The notes under the pieces are model-generated. The model was not told the DNA's origin and did not search any database. It worked only from the letters and a program-made list of their open reading frames with translations. Made by a program: the position numbers and the translations under genes. From Amphiscolops sp. MND2022 (lineage: Eukaryota): 64,000 bases of DNA. Below, in pieces: positions 49,401-63,100 of this stretch. The stretch is taken from positions 70,434,001 through 70,498,000 of the forward strand of contig OZ076409.1 in the NCBI GenBank assembly GCA_964187785.1. The letters run 5' to 3'. Numbering within the stretch: position 1 is the stretch's first letter; each line of letters starts with the position of its first letter.

Positions 49401-52400
49401 GTATTTAGGTGCGGAAGGAGTGGTAATAGGTGCTTGGACACTATATGAGGTAAGGGAGGACGTGAGGCGAGCATTCGGAAATAACCGTTATGTTGACCCT
49501 AAAGTCCCCCTGGTACCGTAAACGACCGGAAATGGTCAAATTTTGTGTCTATTGGGTACAAATGTTTAGTATTTTGTAGATAAAAGTATCTATTAGGTGT
49601 TTCGACGGTCTGCAGTAGTGAACATAGTCATGAAACCTTGTGGGGGGTAACGGTATATAGCACCGGAAGTCCAAACCGTTGGTGACAGGATAGGTTTTTT
49701 GGTTTTAAAATGTCTTTCGGCGTACCTTTGTCGACTATTAAGGACTATTTTTAAAAATTAAAGATTTTCCATATAGTTTCAGAGACCTCGAAACCTCAAC
49801 CAACATAACCGTTACCTCATGATAGCCTTTCAAGTTGGCCTGGTGTCAACTTGGAAGGGCTATCCTTCAAAAATCGTCAATCAAGTGTGTTTTTGGGTAT
49901 GTTTGTATCATTTTAGAATCAATTAGAGCTTCAAGAAAAGTTTCCCAACAACAAAAACTATGTCGTGAAGATTCCGTTACTAGAATTATAGTAAGCAAAT
50001 TGTTGAGAAAATTTTTTTTTTCCAAATTAAATGTGTCCTAAATGCCAGGAAACCTATTTTACTAACAAATAGTATTGATTGGAATGTATGTAACAGATTT
50101 ATAAAAGTTCAAATTATTAAGTTTCATTATGGAAGCTGAAACGTAATATTTTAGTTTAATTAACGTCAACGCCACATACTTTACATCAACGCCCACCGTC
50201 TGTGGGCATGCCGAGGCATGCCCTTCGACGACATATACCAAATACATACCTAACGACGCCCGTACATCCCGGGCTAGGTGCGGGGGGGAAACCCCTTCCT
50301 TTATCTTGGAGGATTCGGGTAGGGTCCTGAATCCGAGTTCAGTGCCGCCAGCTCTCAGTAGAAATCTGGGCATTTTTTTGCGATCTCGTGATCTAACCAT
50401 AGGATTTTAAAGTTGGAGCGGCCCCCACCAGATTTTCCAAAGTTATTCGCCCCCCACCGGGTTCCAGCGTGATTGAAATATTTTGTCGGGGTACACGGGC
50501 GACCGTTAGGGGTCATTTTAGGGGTAAAATTCATATTGGGCCACATAACTTTTTTTCTGTTGATTTAAAACTTTAGGACCCTGCTAAAAGTTTCTTGACC
50601 ATGTTGCAGGGGCCCCGGAGGTCCAAACCAAATTTTTCTATCTTGAAGCTATCTCCAAGCACCCCCCCCGCCCAAACCGTTATTTTTCCGGAAACGCCGG
50701 TTTTTGACCCGGAAGGAGTCGTCTGAGCGCGGGGTCGTTAGGTGAAGTTTTGGGGACGGCCTCGAGACGAAGCGGGGGATATATAGTTTGCCGATCCCAG
50801 TTTACCCCCCGCACGGGAAATGACCGTTATATGAGCGGGAAAAAAGCCCCCCTCCACGTTTTACCGCTATTTCCGGTGTGAAGGAGTGGGAGTAGCGCTT
50901 CGGGTGCCATATATCAAAAATAAGTTTAGACAAGGACCTATCGGAAACATGTAGTTTGGGACCCCCTGGACCAACCCGTTAGCGGGAAATGGGGCTTCCG
51001 CCTCCTTTTTTTACTGCTAAAACCGTAAAATGGGCATTGAGGGGTAAATATCTCGTGAACGCGTGGAGCTACGATGTCCTTCACTACTACAAGGTTTCAT
51101 ACCCATGATATGGTGCCTTCAGGGGGGCAAACAGATTTCCGCTATCTATCACCGTTACTGACTTGGCCCCCCAGCCTAACCGCTATGTGACCGGAAATGT
51201 CACTTTTTGAGCCCAAAGGGTCGGTCCCAGCCAGGGAACGTTAGGTAACTTATTGTAGTACTCATTGAGACGAGTTGGGGGACATAGTTTCAGTCACCCC
51301 CCGTTACCCCTCGAGACCGGAAATGACCGTTATGTGAGTAAAATTACAATTTTTGTACTTTTTGAAGGGTATTTAGGTGTGGAAGGAGTGGTAATAGGTG
51401 CTTGGACACTATATGAGGTAAGGGAGGACGTGAGGCGAGCATTCGGAAATAACCGTTATGTTGACCCTAAAGTCCCCCTGGTACCGTTAACAACCGGAAA
51501 TGGCCAAATTTTGTGTTTATAGGGTACAAATGTTTGGTATTTTATAGATAAAATTACCTGGAAGGTGTTTTAAAGGCCTCCAGAAGTAAACATAGTCATG
51601 AAACTTTGTGGGGGGTAACGGTATATAGCACCGGAAGTCCAAACCGTTGGTCACAGAATAGGTTTTTTGGTTTCAAAATGTCTTTAGGCGTAGTTTTGTG
51701 GGTTGAATCGTCATAATATCAAATAATACGGACTTTTTTCGGAAATAAAATTTTTTCACATTAGTTTCAGGGACCTCCAATGTTTCAGTCAACATAACCG
51801 TTACATTTTGATAGCCTTTCAAGTTGGCCTGGTGTCAACTTGGAAGGGCTATCCTTCTAAAATCGTTAATCAAGAGTGTTTTTGGATAGATATATGTTGC
51901 ATTAGTACCAATTAGAGCTTCATCAACAGTTTGCCAACGGCAAAACAATGTCGTGATAATTCCGTTATAAGAATATTAATTAACAAATTGTTTCCAAAGT
52001 TGATTTTTTCCATTCGAAATGTGTCCTAATGCCACCAAATTGAATAAAATAATAAATGGTATTGACTAAACCTAAATAACATTGAAAAAGAAGCTCAACA
52101 TTTTTAATAGGTCTCATTATGGAAGCTGAAACCTCACGTTTTAACCTAATTAACGTCAACGCCACATACTTTACATCAACGCCCACCGTCTGTGGGCATG
52201 CCGAGGCATGCCCTTCGACGACGTATGCCAATTACATATATATCTACACCCACCCGCGGTAGCAGCTAGGTGCGGGGGGGAAACCCCAACAAAATTTTTG
52301 GAGGATTCGGGTAGGGTCCTGAATCCGAGTTCAGTGCTGCCAGCTTTCGTTAAGAAAATTTGGATAGGATTCGGGATCTCGTGATCTAACCATAGGATTT

Positions 52401-55400
52401 TAAAGTTGGAGCGGCCCCCACCAGATTTTCCGAAAATTAGCGCCCCCCACCGGGTTCCATACCCCGGAAAATTTTTTTCTGGCCACACGGGCGACCGTTA
52501 GGGGGTCATTTTAGGGGTAAAAATCATATTGGGCCACATAACTTTTTTTCTGTTGATTTAAAACTTTGGGAACCCTACTAAAGGTTTCTTGACCGTGTTG
52601 CAGGGGCCCCGGAGGTCCAAACCAAATTTTTCTATCTTGAAGCTATCTCCAAGTACCCCCCCGCCCAAAACGTTATTTTTCCGGAAACGCAGGTTTTTAA
52701 CCCGGAAGGAGTCGTCGGAGCGCGGGGTCGTTAGGTGATGTTTTGGGGACGGCCTTGAGACGAAGTGGGGGACATGTAGTTTGCCGACCTCGGTTTACCC
52801 CCCGGACAGGAAATGACCGTTATATGAGCGGGAAAAATGCCCCCCTCCTCGTTTTACCGCTATTTCCGGTGTGAAGGAGTGGGAGTAGCGCGTCGGGTGC
52901 CTTATATCAAAAGTAGGTTTAAACAAGGACCTATCGGAAACATGTGGTTTGGGACCCCCTGGACCAACCCGTTAGCGGGAAATGGGGCTTCCGCCTCCTT
53001 TTTTTACTTCTAAAACCGTAAAATGGGCATTGAGGGGTAAATATCTCGTGAACGCGTGGAGCTACAGTGTCCATCACTACTACAAGGTTTCATACCCATG
53101 ATATGGTGCCTTCAGGGGGGCAAACAGATTTCCGCTATCTATCACCGTTACGGACTTGCCCCCCCAGCCTAACCGCTATGTGACCGGAAATGTCACTTTT
53201 TGAGCCCAAAGGGTCGGTCCCAGCCAGGGAACGTTAGGTAACTTATTGTAGTACTCAATGAGACGAGTTGGGGGACATAGTTTCAGTCACCCCCCGTTAC
53301 CCCTTGGGACCGGAAATGACCGTTTTGTGGGTAAAATTGCAATATATGTACTTTTTAAAGGATTTTAGATGCGGAAGGAGTGGTAATAGGTGCTTGGACA
53401 CTATATGATGATAGGGAGGACGTGAGGCGAGCATTCGGAAATAACCGTTATGTTGACCCTAAAGTCCCCCTGGTACCGGAAGTGACCCGTAATGGTCAAA
53501 TTTAGTGTTTAAAGGGTACAAATGTTTGGTGTTTTTTGGATAACAGTACCTATTAGGTGTTTCGACGGTCTGCAGTCGTGAACATAGTCATGAAACCTTG
53601 TGGGGGGTAACGGTATATAGCACCGGAAGTGCAAACCGTTGGAGACAGGATAAGTTTTTTGGTTTTAAAATGTCTTTCGGCCTACTTTTGTTGACTATTA
53701 TGGACTATTTTTGAAAAATAAAGTTTTTCCATATAGTTTCAGAGACTCCGAAACCTCAACCAACATAACCGTTACCTTATGATAGCCTTTCAAGTTGGCC
53801 TGGTGTCAACTTGGAAGGGCTATCCTTCAAAAATCATTAATCAAGTGTGTTTTTGAGTATGTTTGTTTTACTTTAGAATCAATTAGAGCTTCAAGAAAAG
53901 TTTGCCAACGATAAAAACTATGTCGTGATGATTCCGTTATTAGAATAATAGTTAACAAAATATTGATAAAGTTGATTTTTTACATTTCAAATGTGTCCTA
54001 AATGCCAGAAAAACTCTTTATCAAACAAATGGTATTGATTGGATTGTATATAACAGCTAATAAAAGTTCAAATTGAATATTACGTTTCATTATGGAAGCT
54101 GAAACGTCAAATTATAGTTTAATTAACGTCAACGCCACATAGTTTACATCAACGCCCACCGTCTGTGGGCATGCCGAGGCATGCCCTTCGACGACGTATA
54201 CCAAATTCCTCCAACACAACACCCCCGAGCGCGGTAGCAGCTAGGTGCGGGGGGGAAACCCCATCCCTTATCTTGGAGGATTCGGGTAGGGTCCTGAATC
54301 CGAGTTCAGTGCCGCCAGCTCTCAGTAGAAATCTGGGAAATTTTTTGCGATCTCGTGATCTAACCATAGGATTTTAAAGTTGGAGCGGCCCCCACCAGAT
54401 TTTCCAAAGTTATTCGCCCCCCACCGGGTTCCAGCGTGATTGAAATATTTTGTCGGGGTACACGGGCGACCGTTAGGGGTCATTTTAGGGGTAAAATTTA
54501 TATCCGGTCGCATAACTTTTTTCCTGTTGGTTTAAAACTTTGGGACCCTGCTAAAAGTTTCTTGACCGTGTTGCGGTGGCTCCGGAGGTCCAAACCAAAT
54601 TTTTCTATCTTGAAGCTATCTCCAAGTACCCCCCCGCCCAAACCGTTATTTTTCCGGAAACGCCGGTTTTTGACCCGGAAGGAGTCGTCTGAGCGCGGGG
54701 TCGTTAGGTGATGTTTTGGGGACGGCCTCGAGACGAAGCGGGGGATATATAGTTTGCCGACCCCAGTTTACCCCCCGCACGGGAAATGACCGTTATATGA
54801 GCGGGAAAAATGCCCCCCTCCACGTTTTACCGCTATTTCCGGTGTGAAGGAGTGGGAGTAGCGCGTCGGGTGTTATATAACAAAAGTAGGTTTAGACAAG
54901 GACCTATCGGAAACATGTAGTTTGGGACCCCCTGGACCAACCCGTTAGCGGGAAATGGGGCTTCCGCCTCCTTTTTTTACTGCTAAAACCGTAAAATGGG
55001 CATTGAGGGGTAAATATCTCGTGAACGCGTGGAGCAATCGTGTCCATCACTACTACAAGGTTTCATACCCATGATATGGTGCCTTCAGGGGGGCAAACAG
55101 ATTTCCGCTATCTATCACCGTTACCGACTTGGCCCCCCAGCCTAACCGCTATGTGACCGGAATTGTCACTTTTTGAGCCCAAAGGGTCGGTCCCAGCCGG
55201 GGAACGTTAGGTAACTTATTGTAGTACTCAATGAGACGAGTTGGGGGATATAGTTTCAGTCACCCCCCGTTACCCCTTGGGACCGGAAATGACCGTTATG
55301 TGGGTAAAATTGCAATTTTTATACTTTTAAGTGTATTTAGGTGCGGAAGGAGTGGTAATAGGTGCTTGGACACTATATGAGGTAAGGGAGGACGTGAGGC

Positions 55401-58400
55401 GAGCATTCGGAAATAACCGTTATATTGACCCTAAAGTCCCCCTGGTACCGTAAACGACCGGAAATGGTCAAATTTTGTGTCTATTGGGTACAAATGTTTA
55501 GTATTTTGTAGATAAAAGTATCTATTAGGTGTTTCGACGGTCTGCAATAGTGAACATAGTCATGAAACCTTGTGGGGGGTAACGGGGTATATAGCACCGG
55601 AAGTCCAAACCGTTGGACACAGGATAGGTTTTTGGTTTGAAAATGTCTTTCGGCGTACTTTTGTCGACTATTATGGACTATTATTAAAAATTAAAGGTTT
55701 TCCATATAGTTTCAGAGACTCCGAAACCTCAACCAACATAACCGTTACATTTTGATAGCCTTTCAAGTTGGCCTGGTGTCAACTTGGAAGCGCTATCCTT
55801 CTGAAATCGTTAATCAAGAGTGTTTTTGGGTAGGTATATATTGCATTAGTACCAATTAGAGCTTCATCAATAGTGTATCAACGACAAAAACTATGCCGTC
55901 ATGATTCCGTTATTAGAATCATAGTGAGCAAATTGTTGAAAAAAATGGTTTTTTCCATACAAAATGTGTCCTAAATGCCAGGAAACCTATTTACCTAACA
56001 AATGGTATTAATTGGAATGTATGTAACAGATTTATAAAAGTTCAAATTGAATATTACATTTCATTATGGAAGCTGAAACGTCATATTTTAGTTTAATTAA
56101 CGTCAACGCCACACACTTTACATCAACGCACACCGTCTGTGGGCATGCCGAGGCATGCCCTTCGACGACGTATGACAAATCCATATCAAACGACGCCCGT
56201 ACATCCCGGGCTAGGTGCGGGGGGGAAACCCCAACAAAATTTTTGGAGGATTCGGGTAGGGTCCTGAATCCGAGTTCAGTGCTGCCAGCTTTCGTTAAGA
56301 AAATTTGGATAGGATTCGGGATCTCGTGATCTAACCATAGGATTTTAAAGTTGGAGCGGCCCCCACCAGATTTTCCGAAAATTAGCGCCCCCCACCGGGT
56401 TCCAGCGTGATTGAAATATTTTGTCGGGGTACACGGGCGACCGTTAGGGGTCATTTTAGGGGTAAAATTTATAAAAGTTCGCATAACTTTTTTCCTGTTG
56501 GATTAAAACTTTGGGACCCTGCTAAAAGTTTCTTGACCATGTTGCAGGGGCTCCGGAGGTCCAAACCAAATTTTTCTATCTTGAAGCTATCTCCAAGTAC
56601 CCCCCCGCCCAAACCGTTATTTTTCCGGAAACGCAGGTTTTTGACCCGGAAGGAGTCGTCTGAGCGCGGGGTCGTTAGGTGATGTATTGGGGACGGTCTT
56701 GAGACGAAGCGGGGGACATGTAGTTTGCCGACCCCAGTTTACCCCCCGGACGGGAAATGACCGTTATTTGAGCAGGAAAAATGCCCCCCTCCACGTTTTA
56801 CCGCTATTTCCGGTGTGAAGGAGTGGGAGTAGCGCGTCGGGTGCCATATATCAAAAGTAGGTTTAGACAAGGACCTATCGGAAACATGTGGTTTGGGACC
56901 CCCAGGCCCAACCCGTTAGCGGGAAATGGGGCTTCCGCCTCCTTTTTTTACTGCTAAAACCGTAAAATGGGCATTGAGGGGTAAATATCTCGTGAACGCG
57001 TGGAGCTACAGTGTCCATCACTACTACAAGTTTTCATACCCATGATATGGTGCCTTCAGGGGGGCAAACAGATTTCCGCTATCTATCACCGTTACGGACT
57101 TGGCCCCCCAGCCTAACCGCTATGTGACCGGAAATGTCACTTTTCGAGCCCAAAGGGTCGGTCCCAGCCAGGGAACGTTAGGTACCTTATTGAAGTACTC
57201 ATTGAGACGAGTTGGGGGACATAGTTTCAGTCACCCCCCGTTACCCCTTGGGACCGGAAATGACCGTTATGTGGGTAAATTTGCTTTTTTTGTACTTTTT
57301 GGAGGGCATTTAGATGCGGAAGGAGTGGTAATAGGTGCTTGGACACTATATGATGATAGGGAGGACGTGAGGCGAGCTTTCGGAAATAACCGTTATGTTG
57401 ACCCCTAAGTCCCCCTGGTACCGTAAATGACCGGAAATGGTCTAATTTTGTGTTTATTGGGTACAAATGTTTGGTATTTTATGAATTAAAGTACATGGAA
57501 GGTGTTTCAAAGGCCTCCAGAAGTGAACATCGTCATGAAACCTTGTGAGGGGTAACGGTATATAACACCGGAAGTCCAAACCGTTGGTCACAGAATAGGT
57601 TTTTTGGTTTCAAAATGTCTTTAGGCGTAGTTTTATGGGTTGAATCGTCATAATATCAACTATTACGGACTTTTTTCGGAAATAAAATTTTTTCACATTA
57701 GTTTCAGAGATCTCCAATGCTTCAGTCAACATAACCGTTACATTTTGATAGCCTTTCAAGTTGGCCTGGTGTCAACTTGGAAGGGCTATCCTTCTAAAAT
57801 CGTTAATCAAGAGTGTTTTTGGGTAGGTATATGTTGCATTAGTACCAATTAGAGCTTCATCAACAGTTTGCCAACGGCAAAAACGATGTCGTGATAATTC
57901 CGTTATAAAAATATTAGTTAACAAATTGTTTTCAAAGTTGATTTTTTCCATTAAAAATGTGTCCTAATGCCACCAAATTGAGTAAAATATTAAATGGTAT
58001 TGACTAAAACTAAATAACATTGAAAAAGAAGATCAACATTTTTATTAGGTCTCATTATGGAAGCTGAAACCTCACGTTTTAACTTAATTAACGTCAACGC
58101 CACATACTTTACATCATCGCCCACCGTCTGTGGGCATGCCGAGGCATGCCCTTCGACGACGTATACCAAACACCAATATATCTACACCCAATTGCGGTAG
58201 CGGCTAGGTGCGGGGGGGTAACCCCAACAAATATATTGGAGGATTCGGGTAGGGTCCTGAATCCGATTTTAACTCTAATAGCTATCGATAGGAAATCTTG
58301 CAAAAATTTCGGGATCTCGTGATCTAACCATAGGATTTTAAAGTTGGAGCGGCCCCCACCAGATTTTCCGAAAATTAGCGCCCCCCACCGGGTTCCAGCG

Positions 58401-60173
58401 TGATTGAAATATTTTGACGGGGTACACGGGCGACCGTTAGGGGTCATTTTGGGGGTAAAATTTATATCCGGTCGCATAACTTTTTTTCTGTTGATTTAAA
58501 ACTTTGGAACCCTGCTAAAAGTTTCTTGACCGTGTAGCAGGGGCCCCGAAGGTCCAAACCAAATTTTTCTATCTTGAAGCTATCTCCAAGTACCCCCCCG
58601 CTCAAACCGTTATTTTTCCGGAAACGCAGGTTTTTGACCCGGAAGGAGTCGTCTGAGCGCGGGGTCGTTAGGTGATGTATTGGGGACGGCCTTGAGACGA
58701 AGTGGGGGACAAGTAGTTTGCCAACCTCAATTTACCCCCCGGACGGGAAATGACCGTTATATGAGCGTGAAAAATGCCCCCCTCCACGTTTTACCGCTAT
58801 TTCCGGTGTGAAGGAGTGGGAGTAGCGCGTCGGGTGTTATATAACAAAAGTAGGTTTAGACAAGGACCTATCGGAAACATGTAGTTTGGGACCCCCTGGA
58901 CCAACCCGTTAGCGGGAAATGGGGCTTCCGCCTCCTTTTTTTAGTGCTAAAACCGTAAAATGGGCATTGAGGGGTAAATATCTCGTGAACGCGTGGAGCA
59001 ATCGTGTCCATCACTACTACAAGGTTTCATACCCATGATATGGTGCCTTCAGGGGGCAAACAGATTTCCGCTATCTATCACCGTTACCGACTTGGCCCCC
59101 CAGCCTAACCGCTATGTGACCGGAAATGTCACTTTTTGAGCCCAAAGGGTCGGTCCCAGCCGGGGAACGTCAGGTAACTTATTGTAGTACTCAATGAGAC
59201 GAGTTGGGGGATATAGTTTCAGTCACCCCCCGTTACCCCTTGGGACCGGAAATGACCGTTATGTGGGTAAAATTGCAATTTTTATACTTTTTCAAGTGTA
59301 TTTAGGTGCGGAAGGAGTGGTAATAGGTGCTTGGACACTATATGAGGTAAGGGAGGACGTGAGGCGAGCATTCGGAAATAACCGTTATGTTGACCCTAAA
59401 GTCCCCCTGGTACCGTAAACGACCGGAAATGGTCAAATTTTGTGTCTATTGGGTACAAATGTTTTGTATTTTGTAGATAAAAGTATCTATTAGGTGTTTC
59501 GACGGTCGACAGTAGTGAACATAGTCATGAAACCTTGTGGGGGGTAACGGTATATAGCACCGGAAGTCAAACCGTTGGAGACAGGATAGGTTTTTTGTTT
59601 TTAAAATGTCTTTCGGCGTAATTTTTTCGACTCTTGTGGACTATTTTTAAAAATTAAAGTTTTTCCATATAGTTTCAGAGACTCCGAAACCTCAACCAAC
59701 ATAACCGTTACCTTATGATAGCCTTTCAAGTTGGCCTGGTGTCAACTTGGAAGCGCTATCCTTCTGAAATCGTTAATCAAGAGTGTTTTTGGGTAGGTAT
59801 ATATTGCATTAGTACCAATTAGAGCTTCATCAACAGTGTATCAACGACAAAAACTATGCCGTCATGATTCCGTTATTAGAATCATAGTGAGCAAATTGTT
59901 GAAAAAAATGGTTTTTTCCATACAAAATGTGTCCTAAATGCCAGGAAACCTATTTACCTAACAAATGGTATTAATTGGAATGTTTGTAACAGATTTATAA
60001 AAGTTCAAATTGAATATTACATTTCATTATGGAAGCTGAAACGTAATATTTTAGTTTAATTAACGTCAACGCCACACACTTTACATCAACGCCCACCGTC
60101 TGTGGGCATGCCGAGGCATGCCCTTCGACGACGTATGACAAATCCTTATCAAACGACGCCCGTACATCCCGGG
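34466..60173 (+). repeat. Units U6-U18, subfamily B mosaics (1966-1995 bp each)
   Basis: 13 units built from at least four head variants and four tail variants in different combinations. Confidence 0.9.
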
Positions 60174-63100
60174 CTAGGTGCGGGGGGGTAACCCCAACTT
60201 TTTTCTTGGAGGAATCGGGTAGGGTCCTGATTCCGAGCTTAGTGCCGCCAGCTATCGTTAAAAACCCATACCTTTTAAACCCGATCTCGGGAACTAACCA
60301 CGCCCCTTCTTTAATTTTTTGGCCCCCACTCACTTTTTGAGAGTAGATCGCCCCCCACTGGGTTCCAAGTTGGGCAAAAATGGAGGTCATGGGTAACGGG
60401 GACCGTTAAGGGGTAACTCAGGGGGTAAAATTTATTTTTTGCGTCATATCTTTTCCCCCCGTGGATTTAGCGCTTCCGGTCAGCAGACAAAACCTCATGT
60501 ACGTGATAAGGGGCCTCCGTAGGTCCAAACAAAATTTTTCTATCATGCACCGTTACGGACTTGCCCCCCCGGCCCAACCGTTATTTTGCCGGAAATTGCC
60601 TTTTTTGACAGGGAAGGAGTCGTCTGAGCACGGAGTCGTTTGGTAATGTTTTGTAGTGCATCTGGAGACGTGTTGGGGGACATGTAGTTTGCCGACCCCA
60701 GTTTACCCCTCGGACGGTAAATGACCGTTATGTGAGTTTTAAAAATGCCCCCCTTCAATTTTCCCCGCAATTTCCGGTGTGAAGGAGTGGGAGTAGGGTG
60801 TCGGGTGCCATATATCAAAAGTAGGTTTAGACAAGGACCAACCGGAAACATGTGGTTTCGGACCCCCTGACCCAACCCGTTAGCCGCTATTAGGGTGATC
60901 GCCTCCTTTTTTTGCTGTTAAAACCGGAAAACGGGCATTGAGGGGTAAATATCTCGTGAACGCGTGGAGCAATCGTGTCCATCACTACTACAAGGTTTCA
61001 TACCCATGATATGGTGCCTTCAGGGGGGCAAACAGATTACCGCTATCTATCACCGTTACCGACTTGGCCCCCCAGCCTAACCGCTATGTGACCGGAAATT
61101 GCACTTTTTGAGCCCAAAGGGTCGATCCTAGCCGGGCAACGATAGGTAACATATTGTAGTACTCATTGAGACGAGTTGGGGGATCTAGTTTCAGTCACCC
61201 CCGTTACCCCTTGAGACCGGAAATGACCGTTATGTGAGTAGAATTGCAATTTTTATACCTTTTGAAGGGCATTTAGAAGCGGAAGGAATGGTAATAGGTG
61301 CTTGGACACTATATGATGTAATGGAGGTCGTGAGGAGAGCATTCGGAAGTAACCGTTACGTTGACCCCAAAGTCCCCTGGTACCGTTAACAACCGGAAAT
61401 GGCCAGATTTTGTGTTTGTAGGGTACAAATGTTTGGTATTTTATGGATAAAAGTACCTGGAAGGTGTTTTAAAGGCCTCCAGAAGTGAACATAGTCAAGA
61501 AACTTTGTGGGGGGTAACGGTATATAGCACCGGAAGTCCAAACCGTTAGTTACAGAATAGGTTTTTTGGTTTCAAAATGTCTTTAGGCGTAGTTTTGTGG
61601 GTGGAATCGTCATAATATCAACTAATACGGACTTTTTTCGGAAATAAATTTTTTTCACATTAGTTTCAGGGACCTCCAATGTTTCAGTCAACATAACCGT
61701 TACATTTTGATAGCCTTTCAAGTTGGCCTGGTGTCAACTTGGAAGGGCTATCCTTCTAAAATCGTTAATCAAGAGTGTTTTTGGGTAGGTATATGTTGCA
61801 TTAGTACCAATTAGAGCTTCATCAACAGTTTGCCAACGGCAAAAACGATGTCGTGATAATTCCGTTATAAGAATATTAATTAACAAATTGTTTACAAAGT
61901 TGATTTTTTTCATTTAAAATGTGTCCTAATGCCACCAAATTGAATAAAATAATAAATGGTATTGACTAAAACTAAATAACATTGAAAAAGAACATCAACA
62001 TTTTTATTAGGTCTCATTATGGAAGCTGAAACCTCACGTTTTAACTTGATTAACGTCAACGCCACATACTTTACATCAACGCCCACCGTCTGTGGGCATG
62101 CCGAGGCATGCCCTTCGACGACGTATACCAAACAACCTCCATATCTACACCCACCCGCGGTAGCAGCTAGGTGCGGGGGGGTAACCCCAACTTTTTTCTT
62201 GGAGGAATCGGGTAGGGTCCTGATTCCGAGTTCAGTGCCGCCAGCTATCGTTAAAAACCCATACCTTTTAAACCCGATCTCGGGAACTAACCACGCCCCT
62301 TCTTTAATTTTTTGGCCCCCACTCACTTTTTGAGAGTAGATCGCCCCCCATTGGGTTCGATGTTGGGCAAAAATGGAGATCATGGGTAACGGGGACCGTT
62401 AAGGGGTAACTCAGGGGGTAAAATTTATTTTTTGCGTCATATCTTTTCCCCCCGTGGATTTAGCGTTTCCGGTCAGCAGACAAAACCTCATGTACGTGAT
62501 ACGGGGCCTCCATAGGTCCAAACAAAATTTTTCTATCATGCACCGTTACGGACTTGGCCCCCCGGCCCAACCGTTATTTTACCGGAAATTGCACTTTTTG
62601 ACCGGGAAGGAGTCGTCTGAGCACGGAGTCGTTTGGTAATGTTTTGTAGTGCATCTGGAGACGTGTTGGGGGACATGTAGTTTGCCGGCCCCAGTTTACC
62701 CCCCGTACGGGAAATGACCGTTATGTGAGTTTTAAAACTACCCCCCTTCAATTTTCCCCGTTATTTCCGGTGTGAAGGAGTGGGAGTAGCGCGTCGGGTA
62801 CCATATATCAAAAGTAGGTTTAGACAAGGACCAACCGGAAACTTGTTGTTTGGGACCCCCTGACCCAACCCATTAGCCGTTATAAGGGTGATCGCCTCCT
62901 TTTTTTACTCTCAAAACCGGAAATGGGCATTGAGGGGTAAATATCTCGTGAACGCGTGGAGCAATCGTGTCCATCACTACTACAAGGTTTCATACCCATG
63001 ATATGGTGCCTTCAGGTGGGCAAACAGATTACCGCTATCTATCACCGTTACCGACTTGGCCCCCCAGCCTAACCGCTATGTGACCGGAAATTGCACTTTT

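Noticed and set aside
27709..60173. Regular higher-order repeat, as in centromeric satellites
   Set aside because: Near-identical units (U1/U5, U4/U12, U6/U13) have different neighbours and there is no fixed period.
22035..62170. CRISPR-like reading (palindromic repeat plus variable segment of about 35 nt)
   Set aside because: Repeats are 2-2.8 kb apart, the variable segments recur and are related to each other, there are no cas genes, and the context is eukaryotic.
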